Below the pieces are notes generated by a model. It was given only the letters and a program-made list of their open reading frames with translations, had not been told where the DNA came from and ran no database searches. A stretch of DNA of 64,000 bases from Octopus vulgaris (taxonomy: Eukaryota): positions 62,001-126,000 of the forward strand of contig OX597819.1 in the NCBI GenBank assembly GCA_951406725.2, given 5' to 3'. This document shows positions 52,172-64,000 of the stretch, in pieces. Position numbers and translations under genes: made by a program. Position 1 is the first letter of the stretch; each line of letters begins with the position of its first letter.

Positions 52172-52310
52172 TCAATAAATGGTGGGGTTGTGTTGACCGC
52201 ACGTGGAAAAATGATAAGCAAGGAAAAATTTTTTTAAAAAAATGCAGAATGCTCAAATGAAAGAAAATTTTAATAAAATGAGAAATTGATAAAATATATA
52301 AATATATATT

Positions 52311-52351
52311 TATTCAACCGGTTTTCGTCATTGTATGACTTGTCAAGAATA
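52311..52351 (-). ncRNA. Hammerhead motif, U3-A8 variant (left arm)
   Basis: Reverse complement of 57225-57265. Confidence 0.75.
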
Positions 52352-53926
52352 TTTATGTTTTAAGAAGTTTTTTTAAAAATTAGAAAAGGGAAAAAGAGAA
52401 AATTGCATTGTTTTTTGCAAAAGAATAATGATAAAAATGTACAAAAATTAAAAAATAGGTACTCCGATACATTGTGAGTTCGTTGTGTATCTTGAGTTTA
52501 ATGATTGTTCACGAAAAAATTACCTTGAGGTATTAGGATCCAATGGGATTAAGAGCATGTGTTGTTTGGTTTAATTCAGGAAGTAGTAGTAATTGTGGTT
52601 CTTCAGTTCCTGTGTTGTGAGTAAGGGGAGACAACTCTTTTGAGTTCTTCAATAAAGGCTGTTGGTAAAACCCAAATTATAAAATTATCATTTTAGCTTC
52701 ATTTGCGTTATCTTTTTTATATAATTGTTTGTTAACTTAACTTTCAGATTTTAACACTTTATATTTATATTATTTTCTAATTATATAAATCTGCATAGAC
52801 AATTGCATTTCAGATTGTCATATCATTTATAATAAAAATGATAGTAATAACAACAATAGTAAAAATGATATTTAAAGAATATAAGTTTTAGCTTGAAGTG
52901 ATGAATGCATGGTATCTTTATATATTTGTGTTAGTCCATCCATGAAGAGTGAGGTAGAAAAAGGAAGTTTGATCAACGAGGAGTTTGCATATTAAGTTGT
53001 GTTTGGAATTTTTCAATAAAGAGATTCTCCTTGTTAATTCTCTCCTGTGTGGTGATCCCGTCTTTACATTGGTAGAAGGGGAATATATAGAATTTGGGGT
53101 TTAAGTCTTTAGCACATGAGTCTAAGTGGTCACTCAGTGGAATTTGTCGGTATTCCGGGAGATTTATTTGTTCTTTATGCACCGTTACTCGTTTACGTAA
53201 CGGGAGACTCGTTTGTCCAACATAATTATGTTGGCAACCAGCGCATGTGAGAACGTAGATAAGGTTCTCGGAGGAACAGGAGAAGTTAGTCTTGATTTTA
53301 AACTTCGTACCTTGTTTGAAGGTAAATTCAGAGCCTTCAAGTAGAAAGGGGCAGGTACCACAGTTTGAGCGTGCACATTTTTTTTACTGTTGGGGGTGGA
53401 TGTAGTGTGTGAAGTTTGGCATTTGTCAAGAGTTTTTTTAAAGATTTGTGTTGCCTTTTACATTTGAGGATTTTGTGTGTATTTATAATGTTTTTCATTT
53501 TTGGGTCTGTTGACAGTAGACTGAGGTTTTGTATGATTGTGGTGTATGCTTCGATACTTTTGGGGTTGTGGGTGGAAATGTATGGAAGTATTTTGAGGTT
53601 GTGTGTGGTGTTAGGTTGGGTGGTTTTCAGTGTAGTGTTATCTAGTTCTTTGGCGCGTTTTATTCCATACTCCATAAGGGTGGAGAGATATTGATGTTGT
53701 AATAGTGTTTTTTTGAGGTCTTGAAGGCGTATTTCTCGTGTTTTTGGATCCGAGACAATGGTGCATACCCTTTTAGCTAAATTGGGTTCGTTGGGTGGGT
53801 ATTATATGTATCGGTGTGGGTAGGATACCTTGTTTGTTATTAGTGTGAGGGAGGGGAGCATTGAGGGGGGGATAATTCCTAATGTATGGGAGGTTCTTGA
53901 AGGTTCTTGTCGGTGGGGGAGGGGTG

Positions 53927-54757
53927 TTAGAGTGACTGGAAAACCAGGTTTTGTGGTGGGTCTTGTTTGAGATGTTTCGGGGGGGGGGGGGGAAAAGGTT
54001 TTTTATATGGTTGGGGGAGGTTGTGCCCTGTTAGGAGGGGGTTTGGAGAGTATGTGTATTTGAGGTGCGGTTTGGAATGGTGTTTATGGCGTACAGTGGA
54101 AGTCTGTGTTGTGGGTACTTTTATGAATGGGTTTTGGGATTTATGGTTTAATATGAATTGTGTTTCATAGTTGAGGAAGAAATCTTTGTTGTTTTCCCAG
54201 CGTTTAAGGGAGGTTCGTTCTTCCTTTTCACATTCATCTTTCCATAGTTTAATAACAAGTTCGAGGGGCTGTTCGTTGGTGTGTGAGGTTAGTTCTAGAA
54301 GTATCTCATCGTCTATTTTTGTGTATTTTTGTTCGTGGTTTTGTGCTCTGAGTTTTAGAAGTTCTACTTCAGTTTTCATTTTTTCCAATGTTAGTTTTTC
54401 TCTTAGGGAGCGTTGTTTTTCAGGTTCGTCTGGGATATGTTTGATTTGGAATTTTCGGGGTAGTATGATAGGGGAGGAGTTTAACCATTTGTCGTAAATT
54501 TCAGCTTTGTTTTGGTTTTTGAGCATGTTCCAGAAGAGAAGTTTTCTGTTGTGTAGTTTCTTAGTCCAAGTAGTGATGATCTGGTTTTTAATGCGTTGTA
54601 CTGGGGTTGAAATGTGTTCCTTCTGTGTGTTGAGTGGTGTCTGAGGTCTCTTTGGCGTTGAATTGGTAAGTAGAGTTTTCAGTGTAGTGTTGATTTCATT
54701 TAGGTTTACATCAATCTTATCCGAAAGTAAAGGGAGTGCTGTGGTCCTTATGGACAC
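53927..54757 (-). CDS. Helical/coiled-coil ORF, probably the inverted upstream part of the same Penelope-like element
   Basis: 276-aa non-repetitive ORF with the same A/C-rich sense-strand bias as the RT ORF, abutting it back to back; assignment is inference. Confidence 0.55.
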   Translation of the reverse strand: MSIRTTALPLLSDKIDVNLNEINTTLKTLLTNSTPKRPQTPLNTQKEHISTPVQRIKNQIITTWTKKLHNRKLLFWNMLKNQNKAEIYDKWLNSSPIILPRKFQIKHIPDEPEKQRSLREKLTLEKMKTEVELLKLRAQNHEQKYTKIDDEILLELTSHTNEQPLELVIKLWKDECEKEERTSLKRWENNKDFFLNYETQFILNHKSQNPFIKVPTTQTSTVRHKHHSKPHLKYTYSPNPLLTGHNLPQPYKKPFPPPPPKHLKQDPPQNLVFQSL

Positions 54758-56603
54758 GGAAGTTTATAAACACCTAGTGTTTTCCATGCTTAACAATAAC
54801 ATTTTCTATGAGGTTATTAACAAATACAAACAGCAAAAAACAATCAGAAACCTCACCACACTCATACGCCAACACGGTCAGGGACTCACAGAAAAAGAAA
54901 GGGATTATATCACCATTTTCAAATGCAAGCCCAGCCTCTTTTATGGCCTTCCTAAAATCCATAAAAACAAATACATCACCGAAGCCTGCAAACTCTCCAC
55001 TGACATCCACATCAACATCAAAGCACCGGAGGACCTAAAACTAAGGCCCATCGTGGCTGGTACCTCCTGTGAAACACACCGCCTGAGTAACTTCCTAGAC
55101 ATCCTTTTGAAACCTTTCCTTACCCACATCAAAAGTTTCATTAGGGATGATCTGGACATGCTCAAACACCTCCCGAAAACAGTTAACGAGGAGGCACTCC
55201 TGGTATCCTTTGATGTCATCAACCTCTACACCAACATCCCACATGAGTATGGTATAGAGGCAATTGACTTCTGGCTAGAAAAACACCCAGAGACATTCCC
55301 TGACCGCATCAACAAGTCTTTTATTACAGAATCTCTCAAGTTCATTCTGACAAACAATTTTTTTCTCTTCGACGACACACACTACCGTCAAAAATGTGGT
55401 ATTGCGATGGGTACCAAGGCTGCATCAGTCCTTGCGAACCTCATAATGGGTTACTTCGAACTGTCACTCTATGAAATATCAAGCCAGAAATTTGGACATG
55501 TTTTCCACACCTACCTAATGGAAAACTGGAAAAGGTATTTAGATGATTGTTTCATCATATGGAAAGAACCTTATGAAAAACTCCTGGAATTCAAAACCAT
55601 ACTAAACAACATACATCCCAACATCCAATTCACTATGGAATTAAGCAAACATCATCTCCCATTCCTTGATCTCCTAATTATAAAAACACCTAAGAACCAA
55701 ATCATAACAGACATCTACCACAAACCTACAGACTCACAACAATACCTCCTCTTTAGTTCATGCCACCCAAAACACACCAAGACAAATATCCCTTTCAATT
55801 TAGCTAAAAGGGTATGCACCATTGTCTCGGATCCAAAAACACGAGAAATACGCCTTCAAGACCTCAAAAAAACACTATTACAACGTCAATATCCCTCCAC
55901 CCTTATAGAGTATGGAATAAAACGCGCCAAAGAACTAGATAACACTACACTGAAAACCACCCAACCTAACACCACACACAACCTCAAAATACTTCCATAC
56001 ACTTCCACCCACAACCCCAAAAATATCGAAGCATACACCACAATCATACAAAACCTCAGTCTACTGTCAACAGACCCAAAAATGAAAAACATAAATACAC
56101 ACAAAATCCTCAAATGTAAAAGGCAACACAAATCTTTAAAAAAACTCTTGACAAATGCCAAACTTCACACACCACATCCACCCCCAACAGTAAAAAAATG
56201 TGCACGCTCAAACTGTGGTACCTGCCCCTTTCTACTTGAAGGCTCTGAATTTACCTTCAAACAAGGTACGAAGTTTAAAATCAAGACTAACTTCTCCTGT
56301 TCCTCCGAGAACCTTATCTACGTTCTCACATGCGCTGGTTGCCAACATAATTATGTTGGACAAACGAGTCTCCCGTTACGTAAACGAGTAACGGTGCATA
56401 AAGAACAAATAAATCTCCCGGAATACCGACAAATTCCACTGAGTGACCACTTAGACTCATGTGCTAAAGACTTAAACCCCAAATTCTATATATTCCCCTT
56501 CTACCAATGTAAAGACGGGATCACCACACAGGAGAGAATTAACAAGGAGAATCTCTTTATTGAAAAATTCCAAACACAACTTAATATGCAAACTCCTCGT
56601 TGA
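54663..56603 (+). CDS. Penelope-like reverse transcriptase and GIY-YIG endonuclease (5'-truncated; homology starts near 54728)
   Basis: KGSAVVLMD, FYGLPKIHK, LRPIV, FDVINLYTNIP, GIAMGT, RYLDD, FLDL, YHKPTD, CARSNCGTC, LIYVLTC..C...YVGQT; uninterrupted frame. Confidence 0.93.
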   Translation: MVSRVFSVVLISFRFTSILSESKGSAVVLMDTEVYKHLVFSMLNNNIFYEVINKYKQQKTIRNLTTLIRQHGQGLTEKERDYITIFKCKPSLFYGLPKIHKNKYITEACKLSTDIHINIKAPEDLKLRPIVAGTSCETHRLSNFLDILLKPFLTHIKSFIRDDLDMLKHLPKTVNEEALLVSFDVINLYTNIPHEYGIEAIDFWLEKHPETFPDRINKSFITESLKFILTNNFFLFDDTHYRQKCGIAMGTKAASVLANLIMGYFELSLYEISSQKFGHVFHTYLMENWKRYLDDCFIIWKEPYEKLLEFKTILNNIHPNIQFTMELSKHHLPFLDLLIIKTPKNQIITDIYHKPTDSQQYLLFSSCHPKHTKTNIPFNLAKRVCTIVSDPKTREIRLQDLKKTLLQRQYPSTLIEYGIKRAKELDNTTLKTTQPNTTHNLKILPYTSTHNPKNIEAYTTIIQNLSLLSTDPKMKNINTHKILKCKRQHKSLKKLLTNAKLHTPHPPPTVKKCARSNCGTCPFLLEGSEFTFKQGTKFKIKTNFSCSSENLIYVLTCAGCQHNYVGQTSLPLRKRVTVHKEQINLPEYRQIPLSDHLDSCAKDLNPKFYIFPFYQCKDGITTQERINKENLFIEKFQTQLNMQTPR

Positions 56604-57224
56604 TCAAACTTCCTTTTTCTACCTCACTCTTCATGGATGGACTAACACAAATATATAAAGATACCATGCATTCATCACTTCAAGCTAAAACTTATATTCT
56701 TTAAATATCATTTTTACTATTGTTGTTATTACTATCATTTTTATTATAAATGATATGACAATCTGAAATGCAATTGTCTATGCAGATTTATATAATTAGA
56801 AAATAATATAAATATAAAGTGTTAAAATCTGAAAGTTAAGTTAACAAACAATTATATAAAAAAGATAACGCAAATGAAGCTAAAATGATAATTTTATAAT
56901 TTGGGTTTTACCAACAGCCTTTATTGAAGAACTCAAAAGAGTTGTCTCCCCTTACTCACAACACAGGAACTGAAGAACCACAATTACTACTACTTCCTGA
57001 ATTAAACCAAACAACACATGCTCTTAATCCCATTGGATCCTAATACCTCAAGGTAATTTTTTCGTGAACAATCATTAAACTCAAGATACACAACGAACTC
57101 ACAATGTATCGGAGTACCTATTTTTTAATTTTTGTACATTTTTATCATTATTCTTTTGCAAAAAACAATGCAATTTTCTCTTTTTCCCTTTTCTAATTTT
57201 TAAAAAAACTTCTTAAAACATAAA

Positions 57225-57265
57225 TATTCTTGACAAGTCATACAATGACGAAAACCGGTTGAATA
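57225..57265 (+). ncRNA. Hammerhead motif, U3-A8 variant (right arm)
   Basis: TATTC-TTGACAA-GTCA(tacaa)TGAC-GAA-A(accgg)T-T-GAATA; palindromic AACCGGTT at stem III. Confidence 0.75.
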
Positions 57266-57418
57266 AATATATATTTATATATTTTATCAATTTCTCATTT
57301 TATTAAAATTTTCTTTCATTTGAGCATTCTGCATTTAAAAAAAATATCTAAGTTTTATATATATATATAAACAAGTGTTTATCCTTATTTCTCTTATATG
57401 CATACGCACATACATACA

Positions 57419-57477
<59 letters not shown>

Positions 57478-57478
57478 G

Positions 57479-57848
57479 TGGAAGCGCAATGGCCCAGTGG
57501 TTAGGGCAGCGGACTCGCGGTCATAGGATCGCGGTTTCGATTCCCAGACCGGGCGTTGTGAGTGTTTATTGAGCGAAAATACCTAAAGCTCCACGAGGGG
57601 ATGGTGGTGATCCCTGCTGTACTCTTTCACTACAACTTTCTCTCACTCCTACTTCCTGTTTCTGTTGTACCTGTATTTCAAAGGGCTGGCCTTGTCACTC
57701 TCTGTGTCACGCTGAATATCCCCGAGAACTACGTTAAGGGTACACGTATCTGTGGAGTGCTCAGCCACTTACACGTTAATTTCACGAGCAGGCTGTTCCG
57801 TTGATTCGGATCAACTGGAACCCTCGTCGTCGTAACCGACGGAGTGCT
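57479..57848 (+). mobile_element. tRNA-derived SINE family C, full length
   Basis: A-box TGGCCCAGTGG, B-box GTTTCGATTCC; partial copies at 27720 and about 7540. Confidence 0.85.
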
Positions 57849-58279
57849 TAGATGTATGTATGTAGCGAGAGAGGGGGGATAGAAGGAGATAGGAGAGAAA
57901 AAGAGACAATATACATATGTATACAACTTTCATTGTCGTTCGTGTTTGTTTATATTATGTTCTCTTGGTAACAGGACACAATCGTTGTATATTATCGATT
58001 ATGGTACATAATCTATATAAGCATTGTATTTAATATATTTATATCGAAAGCTATGAAATAGTTATAGTTATTAATTATTATTATTATCATTAATACCTTA
58101 TCAGGGATGAAGATAACTAAAACTATCTATATACCGTTATAATTTCTTTATATATATTTTCTTCTAAATTATTATCATTTCATTTCATGTAAACCCTAAC
58201 ACTTTATATCTGTCTTTGTATTGTCCTCCTCGTCCTTCACACTAGTGGCAAATAAAAGAAATTATTATCATTATTATTA

Positions 58280-58337
<58 letters not shown>

Positions 58338-58338
<1 letters not shown>

Positions 58339-58873
58339 GAGTGAGAGAGCAGTGTATGCCATCAAAGTGACACTGGGATAAAATATACGAAGCCCAATAT
58401 ACCCATCATGACTACTCGTCTGATAAGGGTACACTGATAAGGGTACATGCATCACAACCACATGTGCGCGACATGGTGATATCATATCAAGATAAACAGC
58501 GCATGACCTTGCAGGTGGGGCCCAGTTAGAATTTTCTTCTGGTCGAGTAGCCCATCCTGCTTAAAAGGTCCCTGAATAAGGTTTGTTTAAGGACCATGAA
58601 CGAACCACCCTTGTTTGCAATGTTGAATTATCAAAACCTCTAAGAATTCCTTTCAACACACGGCTATGATGCTCCCCCACTACATCTGCTCATGATCAGA
58701 GAGGTACATACCGTCAGCCACTAAGGAACATTGTCAACTGGTTAAGGTCAAACAACTGACAAGCAAATCTGTAGTATTGAGCAGAATATTTGCTGTAGCT
58801 CATCTTTTATACCAAGACAAAACAATAAGATCAGAAGCCATGAGAGCCACTGCCTGGTACTGCATCAGGGCAT
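58338..58873. mobile_element. Unclassified non-coding insertion bounded by (ATT)n arrays
   Basis: Sharp boundaries against (ATT)n on both sides, higher GC than the flanks, no ORF. Confidence 0.5.
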
Positions 58874-58887
58874 TTATTATTATTATT

Positions 58888-59709
58888 CAGTAGTTTTATT
58901 TTTATAGCTTGCTTTCACTTCACTACCGAGCGCAGCTCTGTGTGCCTTGGGTATGTGCTGTGATTTGTTGTGATGCTCTGATGGTTATTGTATGGAAAGT
59001 GTTCTGCGTAGGATGTGTGCAGTGCCTAGTAGTGCAATTTTCTGTATGTTATATGTGTTATAAGTCCTGGTGTTTTTGTTATGTATTTGTCTGAATATTT
59101 TCTATCATGCCTAATGCACCTACTACGATAGGAATTGTTTCTGTTTTCAAATTCTACATTCTGGTTACCTCTATTTCCAGATCTTTGTATTTTGAGAGTT
59201 TCTCCATTTCTTTTAGAGACACGTTGTCAAAGCATTTTTTTCTTCATGATCTCTAACAACTATATCTAGTCTGTTGGCCTTAATTTCTCTATCTGTGTGT
59301 ATCGGCATATCCCAGAGTATGGTTGATTTCTCGTTTTCTGTGACCTTTTCTGGTGTGTGCCTATACCATCTTTTTTCTGTTGTTATTCCATAATGTCGGC
59401 ATAGCTTCCAGTGTATGTAGGTCCCAACTCTGTTATGTCTGTGAATATATTCCTTCTTAGCCAGGACTGGGCAGCCAGAGATAATGTGATTTATTGTTTC
59501 TTGTCCCTCTCCACATATTCTGCAGTTACTTGTTATATTTCTTTTCATTACATGTTTTTGGTAATTTCTGGTGGGGAGGCTTTGGTCTTGTGCTGCAATT
59601 AAAAATCCCCGTCTCTGCTTTGAGTCCTGAGCTTCTCAACCATTGCTGGGATTTTTCTTTGTCTATTTCTTTTGCATTTAGTTTAGTCCAGTATTTCCCA
59701 TGAAGGGGC

Positions 59710-59712
<3 letters not shown>
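58888..59712 (-). mobile_element. 5'-truncated R4/Dong-like retrotransposon (second family) between (TAA)n arrays
   Basis: CRICGEGQETINHIISGC, RHN, ILWD, NRLDIVV: zinc finger and restriction-like endonuclease. Confidence 0.9.
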
Positions 59713-59742
<30 letters not shown>

Positions 59743-59743
<1 letters not shown>

Positions 59744-62700
59744 TTTTCTTCTTTCAAATTTGCTTCCATTTCATGCCGAGTGTCTTCCCGACTCCTAGGG
59801 CAAAGAAACTCATAGTATACATTGGTAGGCCATTAAACTAAACTCAATAGTGCGTTCATATTTTTTTTTAAGTTAAATTAAAATACATGGGTAGTAATAA
59901 TTCTCACATCGACAATGCTCTTCTCAATACGTGTGATGTACCAGTTAAGACAATCTTTTGCACTTCTTGCAGGGATGGTAAGCCAGGGATCATTCTCATA
60001 TAATTTTCGGTTCCCTTCTTGATCATTCCTAGTGCTCCTACGATCACTGGTATTGTAACCGCCTTGAGATGCCACATTTTCTCAATTTCAATGAGTAAGG
60101 CTTTATATTTTCTGAGCTTGTCAAACTCTTTCGCTGAGATATTATGATCACAGGGGATGCTCATGTCGATCAATAAGCAAACTTTATTGTTTTGGTCTTT
60201 CACAACAATATCTGGTTTATTGGCCTTGATGGTTCGGTCTGTATGTACTGGAAAGTCCCACAGAATGGTTACATTTTCTCCTTCAGTTACAGCTTCAGGG
60301 TGGTGATTATACCACTTGTCGGCAGTTTTGATATTGTAATGCCGACTTATTAGCCAGTGGAGATATTGGCCAACTCTGTCATGTCTTAATTTACACTCCA
60401 CTGGTGCTAAGACTTTACATCCAGAGATTAGGTGGTCCACTGTTTCAATCATGTCGTTGCAGAATCGGCATTTTGGGTCTGCTCCATTTTTCATTACATT
60501 GGCCTGGTAGTTCCGGGTTAATAGTCTTTGATCTTGAGCAGCCAGGATGAAACCTTCGCTCTCTGCTTTTAGCCCTGAGCTCCGTAGCCACTGATGGGTT
60601 TGCTTCTGGTCAACATCAGCTTGTTTGCTACGGGCCGCATATTTGCCGTGCAGAGGTTTCTCCTCCCACCTATCAGCCAATTGCTCGTCTGCTTTTTTCC
60701 TTGCCATTATTTTTACCTTCTTTGCAATAATAGTTGCCGTACTTCCCTCGGGTTGTTCAGTTTAGGTATTCTGCACGAGATCAATAGCAAATTTTTTGCT
60801 TTCCTTGATGATAGAATAAAGCTTCTTTCGTCTCTCGTGATTTTCCACGAGCTTTAGCATCCAGTCATTCGTTATTTCGAGATATTTGGCCAGTCCAATT
60901 GTGGTTGTTTTGTAAGCTAGTTCAAATTGGATCAGGCCTCGACCTCCTTGGGCTCTGGGAAGGTAAAGGCGATCTACGTCTGCCCTTGGGTGGTGCATCC
61001 TATTACAACTCAGCAGCTTGCGTATTTTCCTATCTATATTCTTTACTTCACTCATATTCCAGTTCAAACACATTGTAGCTATAAGTAACAACTGGAACTG
61101 CTAAGGAATTTATAGCTAACACCTTGTTACGTGCATTTAGTTCAGATTTCAGGACTGCACGAACTCTCCTATAACATTCCTTCCTGATCTTCTCTTTCAT
61201 GCTTGCATGCTGAATACCAGAGCCTTCATTTTTCCCTAAATATTTGTATGTTTGTTCTTGCTCAAGCTCTCTTATGACTGTGTCAACATCTAACACGACT
61301 GAATTTGTGGTCTTCACTTTCCCTTTCTGGAAAGTGGCCTTGGCACACTTCTCAAGTCCAAACTCTATCCCGATGTCATCGCTGAATGCTTTCACAGTGC
61401 GCAATAGGCCTTCAAGTTCATTATTGTCTTTACCATATTTAAGTCATCCATATAAAATAGATGGCTTATTTTTTTATTGGCAATTTTATACCCATACCCT
61501 GTTCTGTTTAATTCACTTGTAAGGGGTATTAGGGCTATGCAGAATATTAAAGGTGAAAGTGAGTCACCTTGAAAAATTCCGCAGTTGATGTTTATATTTT
61601 CTGAGGCAAGTACTCCATTAGAGAGGTATAATTGGAGATTCGTATTCCACAACGACATATTGTGCTTCAGGAAGTTTGAAATCACAGGGGAAATTTTGAA
61701 GATGTCCAACGATCTCAAGATCCATGGATGCGGTATACTGTCGAAGGCCTTTTTATAGTCAATCCATGCGGAGCTGAGATTTCTGCGCTTGTTGTGACAG
61801 TTCTCAAGGATCATACGATTAATTAGCAGTTGATCTTTGGATCCTTAAGAGCCTCGGCGGCACCCTTTTTGTTCGATGGGGAAAATATCGTTCTTCTCCA
61901 TGAATGCATATGTTTTCTCCGCCAGGATAGATGTTAGGATTTTATACGTGGTGGATAGACAGGTTATAGGCCGATAGTTTTTTGGAAGGTTAGTTTCGTT
62001 ATTCTTTGGGAGTAGGTAAGTAATACCACTTGCTAACCATTCAGGTGTTTTCTTTGGGTCTCTCATAATTCCATTGAGCAGCTGAACTAGCTAACCGTGT
62101 GCGCATGGGAGCGATGCGAGCCAGAAATTCGGCACCCTATCTTTACCGGGGGATTTCCAATTATTGGCCTTCGTGAGTGCCTTTCTTAGGTCTGCTATTG
62201 TGATGTCTTCCCATGCTTGTTGTAAATTTTGGTAGGATCCTTCAGTTTGTATAATCCAGTCTGCATTTAAGTTGTACGTCTTCTTGTCACTCCAAATCCT
62301 TTTCCAAAAGTTTTGAACTTCTTCCATGGGAGGGGGGGGTCTTTAACGGTTACTTTCTCCTTCCCTATTTCTCTGTAGAATTTTTTGGCATTGGATGTGA
62401 ACAGCTTATTTTGCTTGTAAAACTTGTTTCTCTTCTCAAATCTTCGTATTCTTTGGGCTTTTGCTTGGACTTTTTGTTTCAGCGTTTCTTTTATTGATAT
62501 CAGTTCTTCTCATGGTGAGGATCCAAATTTTCTCATCATCTTTCTTCCTGTTCTGGATCTTACATCATTTCCACATATTAGTTCATTTAATATTGATATT
62601 TCCCCTCTCATAAATTCAATCTCTTTTTCAATTTTACTTCTCCAGGTTTGATTTCTTCCCAGGTTTGGTTTTCTTTGTTTCTCCGGGGGCATACAGCTGG

Positions 62701-63695
62701 TTTCAATTGCCCTAGCAGAAGCGTAAATAATTTCATTTAACTCAGTAAAATCAGGTTTTAATTCTTGTATTATTTCATTTGTTACGTAGTTGCCAATTTG
62801 GATTTGTTTTTTATTTTGGTCTGTATTTGAGAGTTTATGAAGAGATTCTCTATCATTCATACTTGTATGTGTTACAACTTCAAGCGTATTCAGGATTTTC
62901 TGCCTCATTTCTGCCATAGACTCTCTGTGTTCTTCAGCAAATGCAAGATCTTCAGTTACTGTTGTTTTATCATTTTCCTGGCTATCTTTAACAGGTACAA
63001 TAGAATTTCTTGTATCTTCAGGCCTTTGCGTACTTTGGTCAGATGGCAGTCTTTCAATTAAGCCTCGTGGCGGGCTATACTGTTCATCTGATTCTTCATT
63101 TCCTTTGTGTCTTATATTTATGTCATTTTCCGTTGCGTGCTTGATCGCGCTTATTTCACTGTCTGTGAGTCTGTTATTTCTAAGGATATCCCTCCTCACA
63201 TTTGCTAATTTGTTCTCGTCCAAATAGGGCCTACTGTCTTGACTCCGTGTTCTCCATATACTGTAAGAGTTTGCGGTGTGTCTCTCTTGAGATGGCCTAC
63301 CTAATGCATAGTAATAAGCGTATATTACTTCTTTATACTCTTCTCGGGTCCATTTGTTCCGCTTACATTTTTCTTTCTGTGGTGGTTGTGGTGGTGAACT
63401 TGGAGGGCTCGAGTTGGGGGATTTCCCGTTCAAGTGACCATCCATGTCCGTATTCGGAGAAGAGTTTGTGCCAGTTGATGACTTTTCGATCCCAGGCTGG
63501 CTCTTCCCTGGGAGACGCGCTTCCAGATTAACCATAGGACAACCGATTTGGTATACTGATTTAGTTTTCCTTTTAGTTTCCAAAAACATTTTGGTGCTAC
63601 GATGTTATCATTTTTGAGCTTTGATTGGCTCGTGGGGAGACGGCCATCATTGCCGTTACAATTATAATCGTACCATTATAGCAGCCGTAGTCGGC
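59743..63695 (-). mobile_element. Near-full-length R4/Dong-like RLE non-LTR retrotransposon flanked by (TAA)n
   Basis: Single-ORF layout with N-terminal domain, RT, CCHC and RLE; ATT repeats at both ends. Confidence 0.92.
59904..63589 (-). pseudogene. R4/Dong ORF (RT and restriction-like endonuclease), frameshifted
   Basis: KWTREEY, KSPGKD, NYRPITCL, WIDYKKAFDS, GIFQGDSLSP, HLFYMDDL, CRFC...ETVDHLISGC, RHD, KPDIVV..IDMSIP..K..KY; split over at least eight ORF pieces. Confidence 0.92.
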
Positions 63696-63893
63696 TTATT
63701 ATTGTTATTATCATCACCATTATTATCACTATCGTCATTATCACCACCATTACCATCATCATTATCATCATCACCATCATCATCATCATCATCATCAATG
63801 ATATTGTTTTATGTGTAGTCACAGCAGTATCTTATTATTGTTATTTTTGTTTTTTATTATTACTATTATTATCATTATTATTATTATTATTGC

Positions 63894-63961
<68 letters not shown>

Positions 63962-64000
63962 CTATTAGTATTATTACTATTATTATTATTATTATTATTA
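63696..64000. repeat. (ATT)n/(ATC)n microsatellites
   Basis: Directly visible. Confidence 0.9.

Larger units (their letters stand above)
52169..57345 (+). mobile_element. Penelope-like element with about 1.54-kb inverted arms (52240-53784 / 55796-57336)
   Basis: RT-GIY-YIG ORF; duplicate antisense ORFs (52973, 53185, 53416) mirror its 3' part; hammerhead variant in both arms. Confidence 0.92.

Noticed and set aside
57479-57555. tRNA gene
   Set aside because: tRNA-like A/B boxes continue into a SINE body with other copies in the window; no complete cloverleaf or terminator

Overview
AT-rich, microsatellite-dense eukaryotic intergenic or intronic DNA. The SINE and LINE families look like those of octopus (inference, not a database result). 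No host protein-coding gene can be confidently identified, and most long ORFs in the track are microsatellite artefacts. The window is a pile-up of mobile elements. It holds a near-full-length Tx1/L1-clade LINE and a truncated tandem copy in a (GATA)n array, three Penelope-like (RT/GIY-YIG) elements or remnants in (TA)n arrays, and R4/Dong-like RLE retrotransposons in (TAA)n arrays. It also holds CR1/L2-like LINE pieces (one interrupted by a mariner), a solo LTR, MITEs, non-autonomous Helitron/Helentron-like elements and several tRNA-derived SINE families. The most striking signal is a set of ten type I hammerhead-ribozyme motifs from five sequence families. Several sit head-to-head on opposite strands in short non-coding fold-back palindromes wedged between (TA)n arrays. 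All ribozyme folds were parsed by eye and activity is untested.
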